Positions 37,957 through 49,900 of a stretch of DNA of 64,000 bases are shown in pieces. The translations under genes and the position numbers were made by a program. Below the pieces are notes generated by a model, which worked only from the letters and a program-made list of their open reading frames with translations, did no database searches and was not told the origin of the DNA. Each line of letters begins with the position of its first letter. The first letter of the stretch is position 1. The stretch covers positions 372,001 to 436,000 of the forward strand of contig CBFDEM010000003.1 of NCBI GenBank assembly GCA_965603825.1. The letters run 5' to 3'. The stretch comes from Blepharisma stoltei ATCC 30299. Taxonomy: Eukaryota > Protista > Ciliophora.

Positions 37957-39273
37957 TTAGCTATAAGTGTTAACTAGTCTTAATTGTTTTGTTGAAAGAT
38001 TAAATTCCCAGAGCTGATTTATTAGGAGGATCATATATATGCAACCATGATATTCTATTACATAAGTTGTAGGAGCATAATTTGATGGAATATTATTATT
38101 GCCTATCAAGTTTCATTTATTGACATTATTCTCTTCACTTTCAAAAATATTTCCACTTGTTTGTAGAATAAACGCTTTTTTGTCTCCCTTAAATAGTATT
38201 TTATATACGCTTTGAGTTAAATTTAATCCGACAATATCACTATAATTGTTGTTTTTAGGACTGTATTTTATCATCTTGGTAAGATAATATCCTGTGAGCA
38301 GTATTTCTTCATTAAACAAAATTGCTGCAGTTTGATGAAAACTGAGACCAGTTGGAAGAGGAGCACAGTCTTCTCATGTGTTAGATTTAAGGCAAAATCT
38401 TTGTGCCAAGTTATTTTGTCCTCCTAATGCATACACAAATCCATCAAAATAAATTGGGTATAAATAGCGGCTCACCTTTGAATTTGCAACTTGTTTGATA
38501 TTCTTATTTTTATCTATAATAAATGTGTATGTAGATGTTAATGAATTAGGGTTTGAGTAATAAAAAACACTTTTATCTGGTAAGATGCAGCTTGAAATTT
38601 GAAAGGGAATATTTTCTATAAGGTCAAGGTTGAGTTTAGTTTCTTGAAATGTTTTTAAATTTATTTCCGATAACTCTTTATTACTATTTCCTTTAAAAAA
38701 TATATATTTATCATCTTGCATCCTATTAATATCAGGTTTTGGACGCTGAAAAGGATCTATATTGGCATTAAAACAGATACTAATATTCGAAACTAGAGAC
38801 TCTGTTTTCGATATAAAATCTGGAAAATATCAATCTTTAGTTTCAAAATCAGCAACATAGGGCTCCATTTTCAAAACGCTTTCAGGGTCATTTTCTTTGC
38901 TCAAATCAAGGATTTCATTAAATTCAGTCATCAAAGCAATTCTTAAAAATTTTTCTTCTAACTTGTCCAAGCTTTGTAAAGCCTTTTCTAAATTATTTTT
39001 CACAGCTCCAATAATTTCTTTTGCGTCTAAAATAACGTTTTTCCTATATTTCTGTAGGCCTTGCCTTAGTTCAGCAATTTTTTTCTTAACCAATATTTTA
39101 ATTTCAGCAGCAGGTGTATAATATAATCTTAAGCATCGATGCCTTTTATCTCCATCTAAGATTTGCATATGTTTAGTGCTGTGGTATTGACAAAATATGG
39201 TATAATCCTCGCTACAATCGCACTTGCCATATGGCTTACTTGAGCATCCAGACACAAAGCATTTGCTGGCCAT
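37957..39273 (-). CDS. Array copy 2 (438 aa)
   Basis: Intact frame with TGA=W; paralog of copy 1. Confidence 0.85.
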
Positions 39274-39489
39274 TTTTTGAGAATCTATAAATTATTATGA
39301 AATATATTTAATTAACTCACAGGGTCGTGAATTAGTATTTATTATTACTCGGAGACGCGTTTTAATTTTGGCTCCGAGTTGCCTTACAGCTTCCTTAGGC
39401 CTGCTCACAGTTTTCCACTTTATTATTTTGGACTGTTTTGTAATAAGCTCTTCGATAGTTCTTTAGTTCAAAGTTACCTAATCATTTAT

Positions 39490-40031
39490 AGCATTCAACA
39501 AATCCAAAAAGATAGCAATCAATACCATTAAGCCTTTCAGCAGTTAATAATAAATATAAACCTAGCTCTGAAGGATTTGCTCTGCTTAAAAAATGAGAAG
39601 TTCTACATCTGGGCAGTATCCTATAGAACATTCAGGCATAGATCAAAGAGTTTTTAATGTAGCGACTCTAATAGAGCAAGACCATGCTAATCCAGCTCCA
39701 CCTCTAAATGTGATACCATCCTAGATAGCGATTCTTATAGTAGGAATTTGACAAAAAGAATACCATAACTTAGACTCGGATTCAAAAATTTCTTCAACAT
39801 CGACTTCACCTTTGGTCATGATCACTATATCTCCACCTGCACTTAAAGCTCTGCCTTCACATACCATAAGATATTTTTGTTTTCAAGCTTGGCTCTACGA
39901 GATAGTGAGTGTAAAATATTAAGAATTTCCATTTTGAAGGAGCTTAGAGATTCTGGACGATTCAGTTTGATGAAAAAGGTGTTATGGAATTCTTCATAGA
40001 GAAAGAAACAGCTATTTATGGCAGATTCCAT
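39490..40031 (-). pseudogene. Truncated HIBCH duplicate
   Basis: Copy of about 35605-36149 with a 1-nt deletion near 39860 and ATG changed to TAG near 39721. Confidence 0.88.
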
Positions 40032-40119
40032 ATAAATGTTTATGCAAAGGATATACAATAATTGCGCTTAATATATGATAGCATTATAAAGTGAAAATAA
40101 TTAAACTTTAATGAATCGC

Positions 40120-41429
40120 TTAACTATAAGTGTTAACTAGTCTTAATTGCTTTGTTGAAAGATTAAATTCCCAGAGCTGATTTTTGTTGAGGATCATATA
40201 TTTGCAACCATGATATTCCATTACATAAGTTGTAGGATAATAATTTCTTGCAATATTATTACTACCTATCAAGTTTCATATATTGACATTATTCTCTTCA
40301 CTTTCAAAAATATTTCCACTTATTTGTAGAATAAACGCTTTTTTGTCTCCCTTAAACATTATTTTAAATAGGCTTTGAGTTAAATTTAATCCGATAATAT
40401 CACTATAATTGCTGTTTTTAGGGCTGTATTTTATCATCTTGGTAAGATAATTTCCTGTCAGTAGTATTTCTTGGTTAAACAAAACTGCTACAGTTTGATC
40501 AAAATTGAGACCAGCTGGAAGAGGACACAGTCTTCTCATGTGTTAGATTTAAGGCAAAATCTTTGTGCCAAATTATTTCCTCCTCCTAATGCATACACAA
40601 ATCCATCAAAATAAATTGGGTATAAATAAGGGCTCGGTTTTGAATTTGCAACTTGCTTGATATTTTTATTTTTATCTATGATAAATGTGTATTCAGATGA
40701 TGAATTAGTGTTTGAGTAATAAAAAACACTTTTATCTGGTAAGATGCAGCTTGAAATTTGAAAGTGAATATTTTCCATAAGGTCAAGGTTGAATTTAGTT
40801 TCTTGAAATGTTTTTAAATTTATTTCCGATAACTCTTTATTATTTCCTTTAAAAAATATATATTTATAATCTTGTATCGAATTAATATCAGGTTTTGGGC
40901 GCTGAAAAGGATTTATGTTGGTATTAAAACAGGTACTAATATTCAAAACTAGAGACTCTGTTTTCGATATAAAATCTGGGAAATATCATTTTTTAGTTTC
41001 AAAATCAGCATCAAAGGGCTCCATTTTCAAAACACTTTCAGGGTCATTTTCTTCGCTTAAATCAAGAATTTCATTGCATTCAGTCATCAAAACAATTCAT
41101 GAAAATTTTTCTTCTAATTTGTCCAAGCTTTGCAGGGCTTTTTCTAAATTATTTACCACGATTTCAATAATTTCTTTTGCGTCTAAAATAACGTTTTTCC
41201 TATATTTCTGTAGGCCTTGCCTTAGTTCAGCAATTTTTTTCTTAACCAATATTTTAGTTTCAGCAGCAGGCGTATAATATAATCTTAAGCATCGATGCCT
41301 TTTATCTCCAACTCAGATTTCGAAATGTTGGGCAGCGTGGATTTCACAAAAAATGGTATAATTCTCGCTGCAATCGCATTTGCCATATGGCTTACTTGAG
41401 CATCCAGACACAAAGCATTTGCTGGTCAT
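40120..41429 (-). pseudogene. Array copy 3, frameshifted (or assembly indel)
   Basis: Length 1310 nt is not a multiple of 3. One G is missing at 40525/40526 (gaggacacag against gaggagcacag in the other copies). Two new TGA codons. Confidence 0.75.
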
Positions 41430-41889
41430 TTTTTGAGAATATATAAAATTATTATGAAATTATATTTAATTAACTCACAAGTCATGAATTAGTATTTATT
41501 ATCATTCGGAGATTGCTTAATTTTGACCACCGAGTTGTTTTTGCAGCTTCCTCAGGCCTACTTGTAGTTTTCCGATTTATAATTTCGGAATGTTTTCCAA
41601 TGATTAGTTATGGTAGCTCTTCGACAGATCTTTCATTCAAAGTTAATAATTTATTTATAGCACTACTCTTTATATCTCAATTACGGATTAATTATAGGAA
41701 TAGAGTATTGATATTCAGTTCTATAATTTTACAAGTTTATGAAGATTGCGGAAACTGACTTTTTATTTTAGAAAATGCTGCCAATTCAAAGAATTTATAC
41801 AAAATTTAATTAATATATTTAAAGCCTATTAAGTGACCTCTTTAGTCATTTTCAAAGGAAGCATACTTTAAATATTAAAATATGTTAAG

Positions 41890-42067
41890 ATGTCAAATCA
41901 ATAGTTAGAAATAATTTTTTGAAAAATAGCAAAGATAGTTATTGTGTGCTTTGTCTTTTTTCATTGGATTTTCATATGAAATAGCAAATGGAGAAAACTT
42001 CTTAATAGAAATATGTAAAACTCGGAAAATTGAAATAGACTCAAAAGGAAAATCATGACCTGTATAT
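41890..42067 (+). pseudogene. Truncated 5' duplicate of the hidden ORF at 45949-46422
   Basis: 41640-42067 duplicates about 45680-46113, with small indels. Confidence 0.75.
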
Positions 42068-42497
42068 ATTATTTAGCAAATCCAAAAAGATAGCAATAAA
42101 TACCATTAAGTCTTTCAAGAGCTAATGATAAATGTAAACCTAGCTCTGGAGTATCCTATAGAAATTTCAGGCACAGATCAAAGAGTTTTTGGAGTAGCGA
42201 CTCTAATAGAGCAAGACATGCTAATCTAGTTCCACCTCTAAATGTGACCATCCATGATAGTGATTCCTATACTAGGAATTTAACAAAACGTATGCCATAA
42301 CTTAGACTCAGATTCAAAAATTTCTTCAACATCGACTTCACCTTTGGTCATGATCACTATTAAAGCTCTGCCTTCACATACTATAAAATGTTTTTGTTTT
42401 CAAGTATGGCTCTAGAGATTTGGACGATTCAGTTTGATGAAAAAGGTGTTATGGATTTCTTCATAGAGAATGAAAGAGCTATTTATGAAGATTCCAT
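42068..42497 (-). pseudogene. Heavily decayed HIBCH duplicate
   Basis: Colinear with 35605-36149 but with several internal deletions. Confidence 0.85.
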
Positions 42498-42589
42498 AAA
42501 TTTTGATATGCAAATGATAGTAAGATAATTATATATAAAACATGATAGAATATCTAACAAGAAATAATAATTAGACTTTAACGAATCGA

Positions 42590-43849
42590 TTAATTATAAG
42601 TGTTAACTGGTCTTAATTGCTTTGTTGAAAGATTAAATTCCCAGAGCTGATTTTGCAGGAGGATCATATATATGCATCCATTATATTCTATTACATAAGT
42701 TGAAGAATAAGCGCCTGATGGAATATTATTACTACCTATCAAGTTTCATTTATTGATATTGTTCTCCTCACTTTCAAATATATTTCCACTTGTTTGTAGA
42801 ATAAGCGCTTTTTTGCCTCCCTTAAACAGCGTTTTTCTGCTACCTGAAGTTAAATTTAATCCGATAATATCACTATAATTGTTGTTTTTAGGGCTGTATT
42901 TTATCATCTTAGTAAGATAATTTCCTGTCAGTAGTATTTCTTGGTTAAACAAAACTGCTGCAGTTTGATCAAAATTGAGACCAGCTGGAAGAGGAGCACA
43001 GTCTTCTCATGTGTTAGATTTAAGGCAAAATCTTTGTGCCAAATTATTTCGTCCTCCTAATGCATACACAAATCCATCAAAATAAATTGGGTATAAATAA
43101 GGACTCCGCTTTGAATTTGCAACTTGTTTGATATTCTTATTTTTATCTATGATAAATGTGTATGTAGATGTTAATGAATTAGGGTTTGAGTAATAAAAAA
43201 CACTTTTATCTGGTAAGATGCAGCTTGAAATTTGAAAGTGAATATTTTCCATAAGGTCAAGGTTGAATTTAGTTTCTTGAAATGTTTTTAAATTTATTTC
43301 CGATAACTCTTTATTGGATGATCCTTTAAAAAATATATTGTTATTAAAATAGGTACTAATATTCGAAACTAGAGACTCTGTTTTCGATATAAAATCTGGG
43401 AAATATCAATCTTTAGTTTCAATATCAGCAGCAAAAGGCTCCATTTTCAAAACGCTTTCAGGGTCATTTTCTTTGCTCAAATCAAGGATTTCATTAAATT
43501 CAGTCATTAAAACAATTCTTAAAAATTTTTCTTCTAATTTGTCCAAACTTTGTAGCGCCTTTTCTAAGTTATTTTTCACAGCTCCAATAATTTCTTTTGC
43601 GTCTGAAATAACGTTTTTCCTATATTTCTGTAGGCCTTGCCTTAGTTCAGCAATTTTTTTCTGAATCAATATTTTAGTTTCAGCAGCAGGCGTATAATAT
43701 AATCTTAAGCATTGATGTCTTTTATCTCCAACTAAAGTTTGCATATGCTGAGCGGCATGGAGTTGGCAAAATATGGTATAATTCTCGCTGCAATCGCACT
43801 TGCCATATGGCTTACTTGAGCATCCAGACACAAAGCATTTGCTGGCCAT
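42590..43849 (-). CDS. Array copy 4 (419 aa; in-frame linker deletion near 43335)
   Basis: Length 1260 nt; intact with TGA=W. Confidence 0.82.
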
Positions 43850-44142
43850 CTTTTGAGAATCTATAAAATTATTATTATGAAATTTATTTAATTAACTCAC
43901 ATGGCCATGAATTAATATTTATTATCATTCGGAGGTTTTCTTTAATTTTGGCTCTGAGTTGCCTTGCAGCTTCCTCATGCCTGCTATAGTTTTCGCTTTA
44001 TAATTACGGACTGTTTTGCAATAAATTATGATTTTCTATTCGTTAATTAGAATAAATGATTATTTAAAAGATATAAAATAATTATATACAATTCTTAATA
44101 GCATATCTAATTGGAAAGAATAATTAAACTTTAATGAATCAA

Positions 44143-45456
44143 TTAATTATAAGTGTTAACTAGTATTAATTGCTTTGTTGAAAGATTAAATTTCCAGAGC
44201 TGATTTTGCAGGAGGATCATATATATGCATTCATTATATTCTATTACATAAGTTGAAGGATAAGAACCTGATGTAATGCTATTACTACCTATCGAGTTTC
44301 ATTTATTGATATTGTTCTCTTCACTTTCAAATATATTTCCACTTGTTTGTAGAATAAACACTTTTTTGCCTCCCTTAAACAGTATTTTTCTGCTACCTGA
44401 AGTTAAATTTAATCCAATAATATCACTATAATTGTTATTTCTAGGGCTGTATTTTATCATCTTGGTAAGATGATTTCCTGTGAGTAGTATTTCTTCATTA
44501 AACAAAACTGCTGCAGTTTGATCAAAATTGAGACCAGCTGGAAGAGGAGCACAGTCTTCTCATGTGTTAGATTTAAGGCAAAATCTTTGTGCCAAATTAT
44601 TTCGTCCTCCTAATGCATACACAAATCCATCAAAATAAATTGGGTATAAATAAGGACTCCGCTTTGAATTTGCAACTTGTTTGATATTCTTATTTTTATC
44701 TATGATAAATGTGTATGTAGATGTTGATGAAATAGGGTTTGAGTAATAAAAAACACTTTTATCTGGTAAGATGCAACTTGAAATTTGATAGTTAATATTT
44801 TCCATAAGGTCAAGGTTGAATTTAGTTTCTTGAAATGTTTTTAAATTTATTTCCGATAACTCTTTATTATTTCCTTTAAAAAATATATATTTATCATCTT
44901 GTATCGAATTAATATCATGCTTTGGGCGCTGAAAAGGATTTATGTTGGTATTAAAGCAGGTACTAATATTCAAAACTAGAGACTCTGCTTTTGATATAAA
45001 ATCTGGGAAATACCAATCTTCAGTTTTAAATTCAGCATCAAAGGGCTCCATTTTCAAAACGCTTTCAGGGTCAAATTCTTTGCTCAAATCAAGTATTTCA
45101 TTAAATTCAGTCATCAAAGCAATTCTTAAAAATTTTTCTTCTAATTTGTCCAAGCTTTGTAGGGCCTTTTCTAAATTATTTTTCACAGCTCCAATAATTT
45201 CTTTTGCGTCTGAAATAACGTTTTTCCTATATTTCTGTAGGCCTTGCCTTAGTTCAGCAATTTTTTTCTTAATCAATATTTTAGTTTCAGCAGCAGGCGT
45301 ATAATATAATCTTAAGCATTGATGCCTTTTATCTCCAACTAACATTTCCATATGTTGAGCGGCATGGAGTTGGCAAAATATGGTATAATTCTCGCTGCAA
45401 TCGCACTTGCCATATGGCTTACTTGAGCATCCAGACACAAAGCATTTGCTGGCCAT
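44143..45456 (-). CDS. Array copy 5 (437 aa)
   Basis: Intact. TGG at 45013-45015 where copies 1-4 have TGA. Confidence 0.85.
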
Positions 45457-45948
45457 TTTTTGAGAATCTATAAAATTATTATGAAATTTATTTAATTAAC
45501 TCACAGTTCATGAATTAGCATTTATTATCATTCGGAGACTTTCTTTAATTTTGGCTCCGAGTTGCCTTGCAGCTTCCTCAGGCCTGCTGTAGTTTTCGCT
45601 TTATAATTACGGACTGTTTTGCAATAAGTAGTTGCAGTAGCTCTTTGACAACTCTTGAGTTCAAAGCTACTTCCCGTCTAATAATTTATTAATGAACGCT
45701 ACTCTTTATAATCTCAATTACTGATGAATTATAGGAATAGAGTATTAATATTCAGTTCTTTCAAACTTACAATTTAGGAAGATAAGGATATTGACTTTTA
45801 TTTTAGAAAATGCTGCCAATTCAAAGAATTTAAACAAAATTTAATTAAATATATTTAAATATATTTAAAGCCTATTAATTGAACTCTCTAGTCACTTTCA
45901 AAGCATACTTTTAATATTAAAAATATGTTAAGATGTTAAATCAAATAG

Positions 45949-46422
45949 TTAGAAATCATTTTTTGAAAAATAGCAAAGATAGTTATTGCGTGCTTTGTCT
46001 TTTTTTCACTTGGATTTTCATATGAAACATCAAATGGAGAAAACTGTTCAATAGAAATATGTAAAACTCGGAAAATTGAAACAGACTCAAAAGGAAAATC
46101 ATGACCTGTATATTGCAATCACTGCGAATTCTCAGAGCAAGAAATAATTTTCCGAAAAGTTTATGGGGATAGGTGATGAACGTATTATACTAGTGCAGTA
46201 GACGGTGATTCAAATTATCAGTATCGATTAATTGAAAATATAGATCTATGCCCAGGAGAACCATTTGAAGTTGACGGAGAAGGTAAAATATGACCGTTAT
46301 GATGCTATGATGGCTACGAAGTTGTAAAGTTTGAAAAAATTGGCAAAATCTTTTGGTCTTATGTTGAAGATAATAGTGCAGGATATCCAAGCCTTCAGTA
46401 TCGAAAAATTGTTAAGTCTTAG
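45949..46422 (+). CDS. Hidden small protein (about 150-160 aa) with a signal-peptide-like N-terminus and two internal 60-aa repeats; start codon uncertain
   Basis: Frame is open only if TGA=W (six TGA codons). Clear internal repeat C..E.D..GK.WP..C...F.K..G...W.Y......G....QYR.I. No in-frame ATG; ATG 45933 would need a 1-nt shorter T-run at 46000-46006. Confidence 0.6.
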
Positions 46423-46493
46423 TCTTCAGCTTAAATAAAACAGTTAAAATTAATCGATTATTTTAAAAAAATTTAAGATTTGTATATTACTAT

Positions 46494-46856
46494 TTAATTA
46501 TCTTTTCTGAAAGTAAAAAGCTCGTTTGAATTTTGACATTTTTCTTTGCTAAATGATAAGCTTATATCAGACGAATTAATCTGACTAAGTATCTCATCAA
46601 TCGGTACTAGTTCATGGATAATTCTCTTAGTTGGCTTCGGAAGACCCTGAAAATTGCCTATATCCATATCAAGAATGTTTTTTTCGTCCAATTTCCCGAT
46701 ATCTTCACTTTTCCTCGAAAACAGCTTCTCAATTTCTCCTTCTATCTCCTGCAGCTCCGAATTAACTGATTTAATAATCTCAAATTCTGTTTTTCCTGCT
46801 CTATTTGTAAGAATCCTCACAACTTTTCTAGTTGTTGGCTTATTTTTCTTCATCAT
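46494..46856 (-). CDS. Hypothetical protein (120 aa)
   Basis: ATG-to-TAA ORF with coding-like composition. Confidence 0.6.
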   Translation of the reverse strand: MMKKNKPTTRKVVRILTNRAGKTEFEIIKSVNSELQEIEGEIEKLFSRKSEDIGKLDEKNILDMDIGNFQGLPKPTKRIIHELVPIDEILSQINSSDISLSFSKEKCQNSNELFTFRKDN

Positions 46857-46927
46857 TTATAATAATCTTGCTAGACCTTCGTAAAACTTCAAATAATTTG
46901 AACTGGTCATTGATATTTAATAAGATA

Positions 46928-49900
46928 ATGAATAAACACCCAGGAATGAAATGCAGAACAGAGTAATTTCTATTAAGTATTGTTCATGAAGCATATTATG
47001 AGCATTTAAAATCAAAGTACACAACAGATTTGGAAGAAGTAACTCAAGAAATCGACACATGGCTTACAAAAAATAATATTTTTTCTCATGAAAGCGCCCA
47101 AAAATCCTTGCCGCTAATGATTTGTGGGAATTCTGGGAGTGGTAAAAGCACATTGATAGCTCAATGGATTGATCTCCATGAAAAATCCCATAAAAGAGAT
47201 AATGATTTTTTGCTCTACCATTTTGTAAAGATCTCGGCAAGTGATAGAGAGTATTATTTTACATTATTTAGGCTTTATAACAAAATTCGAGTAAATTTCT
47301 ATTTAGGAAGCTTATCAAATACCAAAGCGTGTAGGATTGATTGAAGACGATTTGAGGATTTATTTTTCAAGGTGGCTAGAAACAGCCGCAGAAAGAAGGG
47401 CTCTAACGAATTCTGTTAAACAGAATCTGATTTTAGTTATTGACGGAGTTGACAAATATCTTGACCAGCACGGAAGGGAAGAGCCTTCTGATTGGTTGCC
47501 TTGTAACTTGCCAGCTGGAGTTAAAATGATATTTACTTGTAATAATGACAGTAAATCTTACCCATTTCTTGAAAAGAAAGTGAGTTACATCATTGAGCTA
47601 AAGCCTTTAACTTCAGAGCAAAGACTTGATATTTTTAATGAACATCTATTAGGCCGCACAAGAGATGAGACACCAAGGATTTTAGATAAGCTGCAGCAGG
47701 ACATCAAGGCTTATGACTGTTTTGGAAACCCTTTATATTTGAATTTGATGCTAAGCCTCTCTATGCATTGTGTTCATGGAATTGATGATTTTGAATATGA
47801 ATCTCTTGAAAATATGTCGACTCCAGAAAAATTATTTGAATATAGCATCGATTTTTATTCCCAAAGGCATTTTAAAGAAGAAATCATGCTAAGAATTTTT
47901 GGGTTGCTTACAGTCACAAGATCTGGATTAAGTGAAGAAGAGCTAATTAAGCTATCAAACTGTAAACCGCAACAAGTTTCTCGCATTTTAACTATATTCC
48001 ATACCTGTTTGGTCTGTATTTCAGGGTTTTATATATTCAGTAATGAATGCTTTAAAAAAGTTGTCTTAGAAAAACTAGGCACCCTTAGCAGCCTTCATCA
48101 TGAAATTTCTCGTGTACTCGAAGGAAATAAGCTTACAATCAGGAAAACTGATGAACTCTTATACCATTTAGAAGCTAGCAATTCCTGAATGAAATTAAAA
48201 GACCAACTCACAAAGCTTGATGTTTTTACACTTATGATGACCCCTGACTACAAGCTTGATTTATTTAATTACTGAGCACAGCTAGAACAGCAAAGGTTTG
48301 ACCCAGTCCAAGAGTACAATAAAACTATTGAAGAGTTTGTTGCCCAGCATAGTCCTTCCCACCACGATTTACTTATCCTAATGCTTCAGTTTTGTAGGTT
48401 TTTTAAAGAATATAATGATATGGAAGTTCCTTCAGCTTTTAACTTCCGACATCCTCATTTAAAAGGCTATTATGAGCTAAAAGAAATAAATTTACTTGAA
48501 GAAGTTGAAAAGCTGCCTGAAATGTTTTTCTCAACCCAGCAATACCCTCTAAAAGAAGAAGAAAATTTTTCTATTGAAAATAAAATGTCCAGGCTTGCGT
48601 TAAAAGAAATGTGCCTAAAAGCAGCAAAAAAAGAATATTTTAATACTAAACCTCCAAATTTTTATTATTATAAGCGATGACTGTGGATACAGTTTCCATG
48701 GTGCACGCTGGACTCTAATGCAGATTTTTCACAAATTATGAGGAAATTTAATGATGAAAATGAAATGATGAATCCGAAAGCTGAAAATGACTTATCAATA
48801 GAAATGCTGAGCATTTTTAAAAATGCTAATGCAAAAGCTATTAAAAAGTATACACCTGTTACACGATCAGCTTCATCTACTAAAATAGAAATAAGTAAAA
48901 AAAGGCATACAAGAAATGAGTCAAATACACAAATATCAAGGGCTGTAGGAATTTTACCAAAAATAAGGTCACAGATGACGCTAGGCCTGCAAACTCCAGA
49001 ATCAAAAAGTAGAAGCCATTCTGTGTCATCACTTCAGCATAGCTTTACTTCGAATTGTTTTAGTAAAAGTTTTACAGTTAAAGAGTCTTTTGATGTAGAA
49101 TTTAAAGATCTAAGCCCAGATAATGTGCTCGAAAAAATTGGGTCAAGTTTATATGAATATTCTAATGCGCAGGTAAATAATAAAAGAAGAGAAAATTTTG
49201 AAATGAAAAAATTTTATAATAGATTGATAGAAGAAACAAGAATTAAAAAACTTAAATTAATAGGCATCAAAAGCCAGCTTGAAAAAAATGAAGACAACTT
49301 CCGTGAGCAATGCGAAATAAAGCAAAAAATAGACGAGCTTCAAAAACAAATGGAGAGTATATTAGATAAACTTAACAACGCAGAGCTTGACTCCAGAAGG
49401 CTTGAATGTATCATTTCTTGCTGCTTTAAAAATCCTGCAAGAAACGATGAATGGGTCAGAGGACTCGAAAAAGGTATAGAAAATATGAAAGATATGATAA
49501 AATTCGAATTGGGAGAAATTAAAAACTGCAATAAAGAAACAGAGATGCTAGAAGAACAATATTATGCATATAAGGCTACACAAAAAGACAAAGCAATGTA
49601 TCAGCATGATACTATTGAAAGGATTCTCTCACAGTATCAAATAAAAAACAGGATAAATGAAACTTTGTCTAAAGGAGAAAAAAAGAGAAAAGATTTGGTG
49701 ACTAAAATTATGAGTGAACAAAGCAACAGCTATTTTTTTGATAAAATTAAGCAGAGAAATAAATTAAAGGTGACGATATCAGATAAAATGCAGTACTTAA
49801 AAGGGAAATTGGAGCATTATAATCAAGTCATGTCGAAGGTTAGTAAAGTTTTAAATATTTCCCACCCTAGAGAGTTAGGGATGATTCTATTTACTTTTGA

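Noticed and set aside
40520-40540. Programmed frameshift in array copy 3
   Set aside because: A simple 1-nt deletion relative to four intact paralogs, with no slippery AAA-stop motif.
36255-45700. Array as a transposon cluster
   Set aside because: No transposase or RT motifs, TIRs or target-site duplications; the units carry pieces of flanking host genes, as in tandem segmental duplication.
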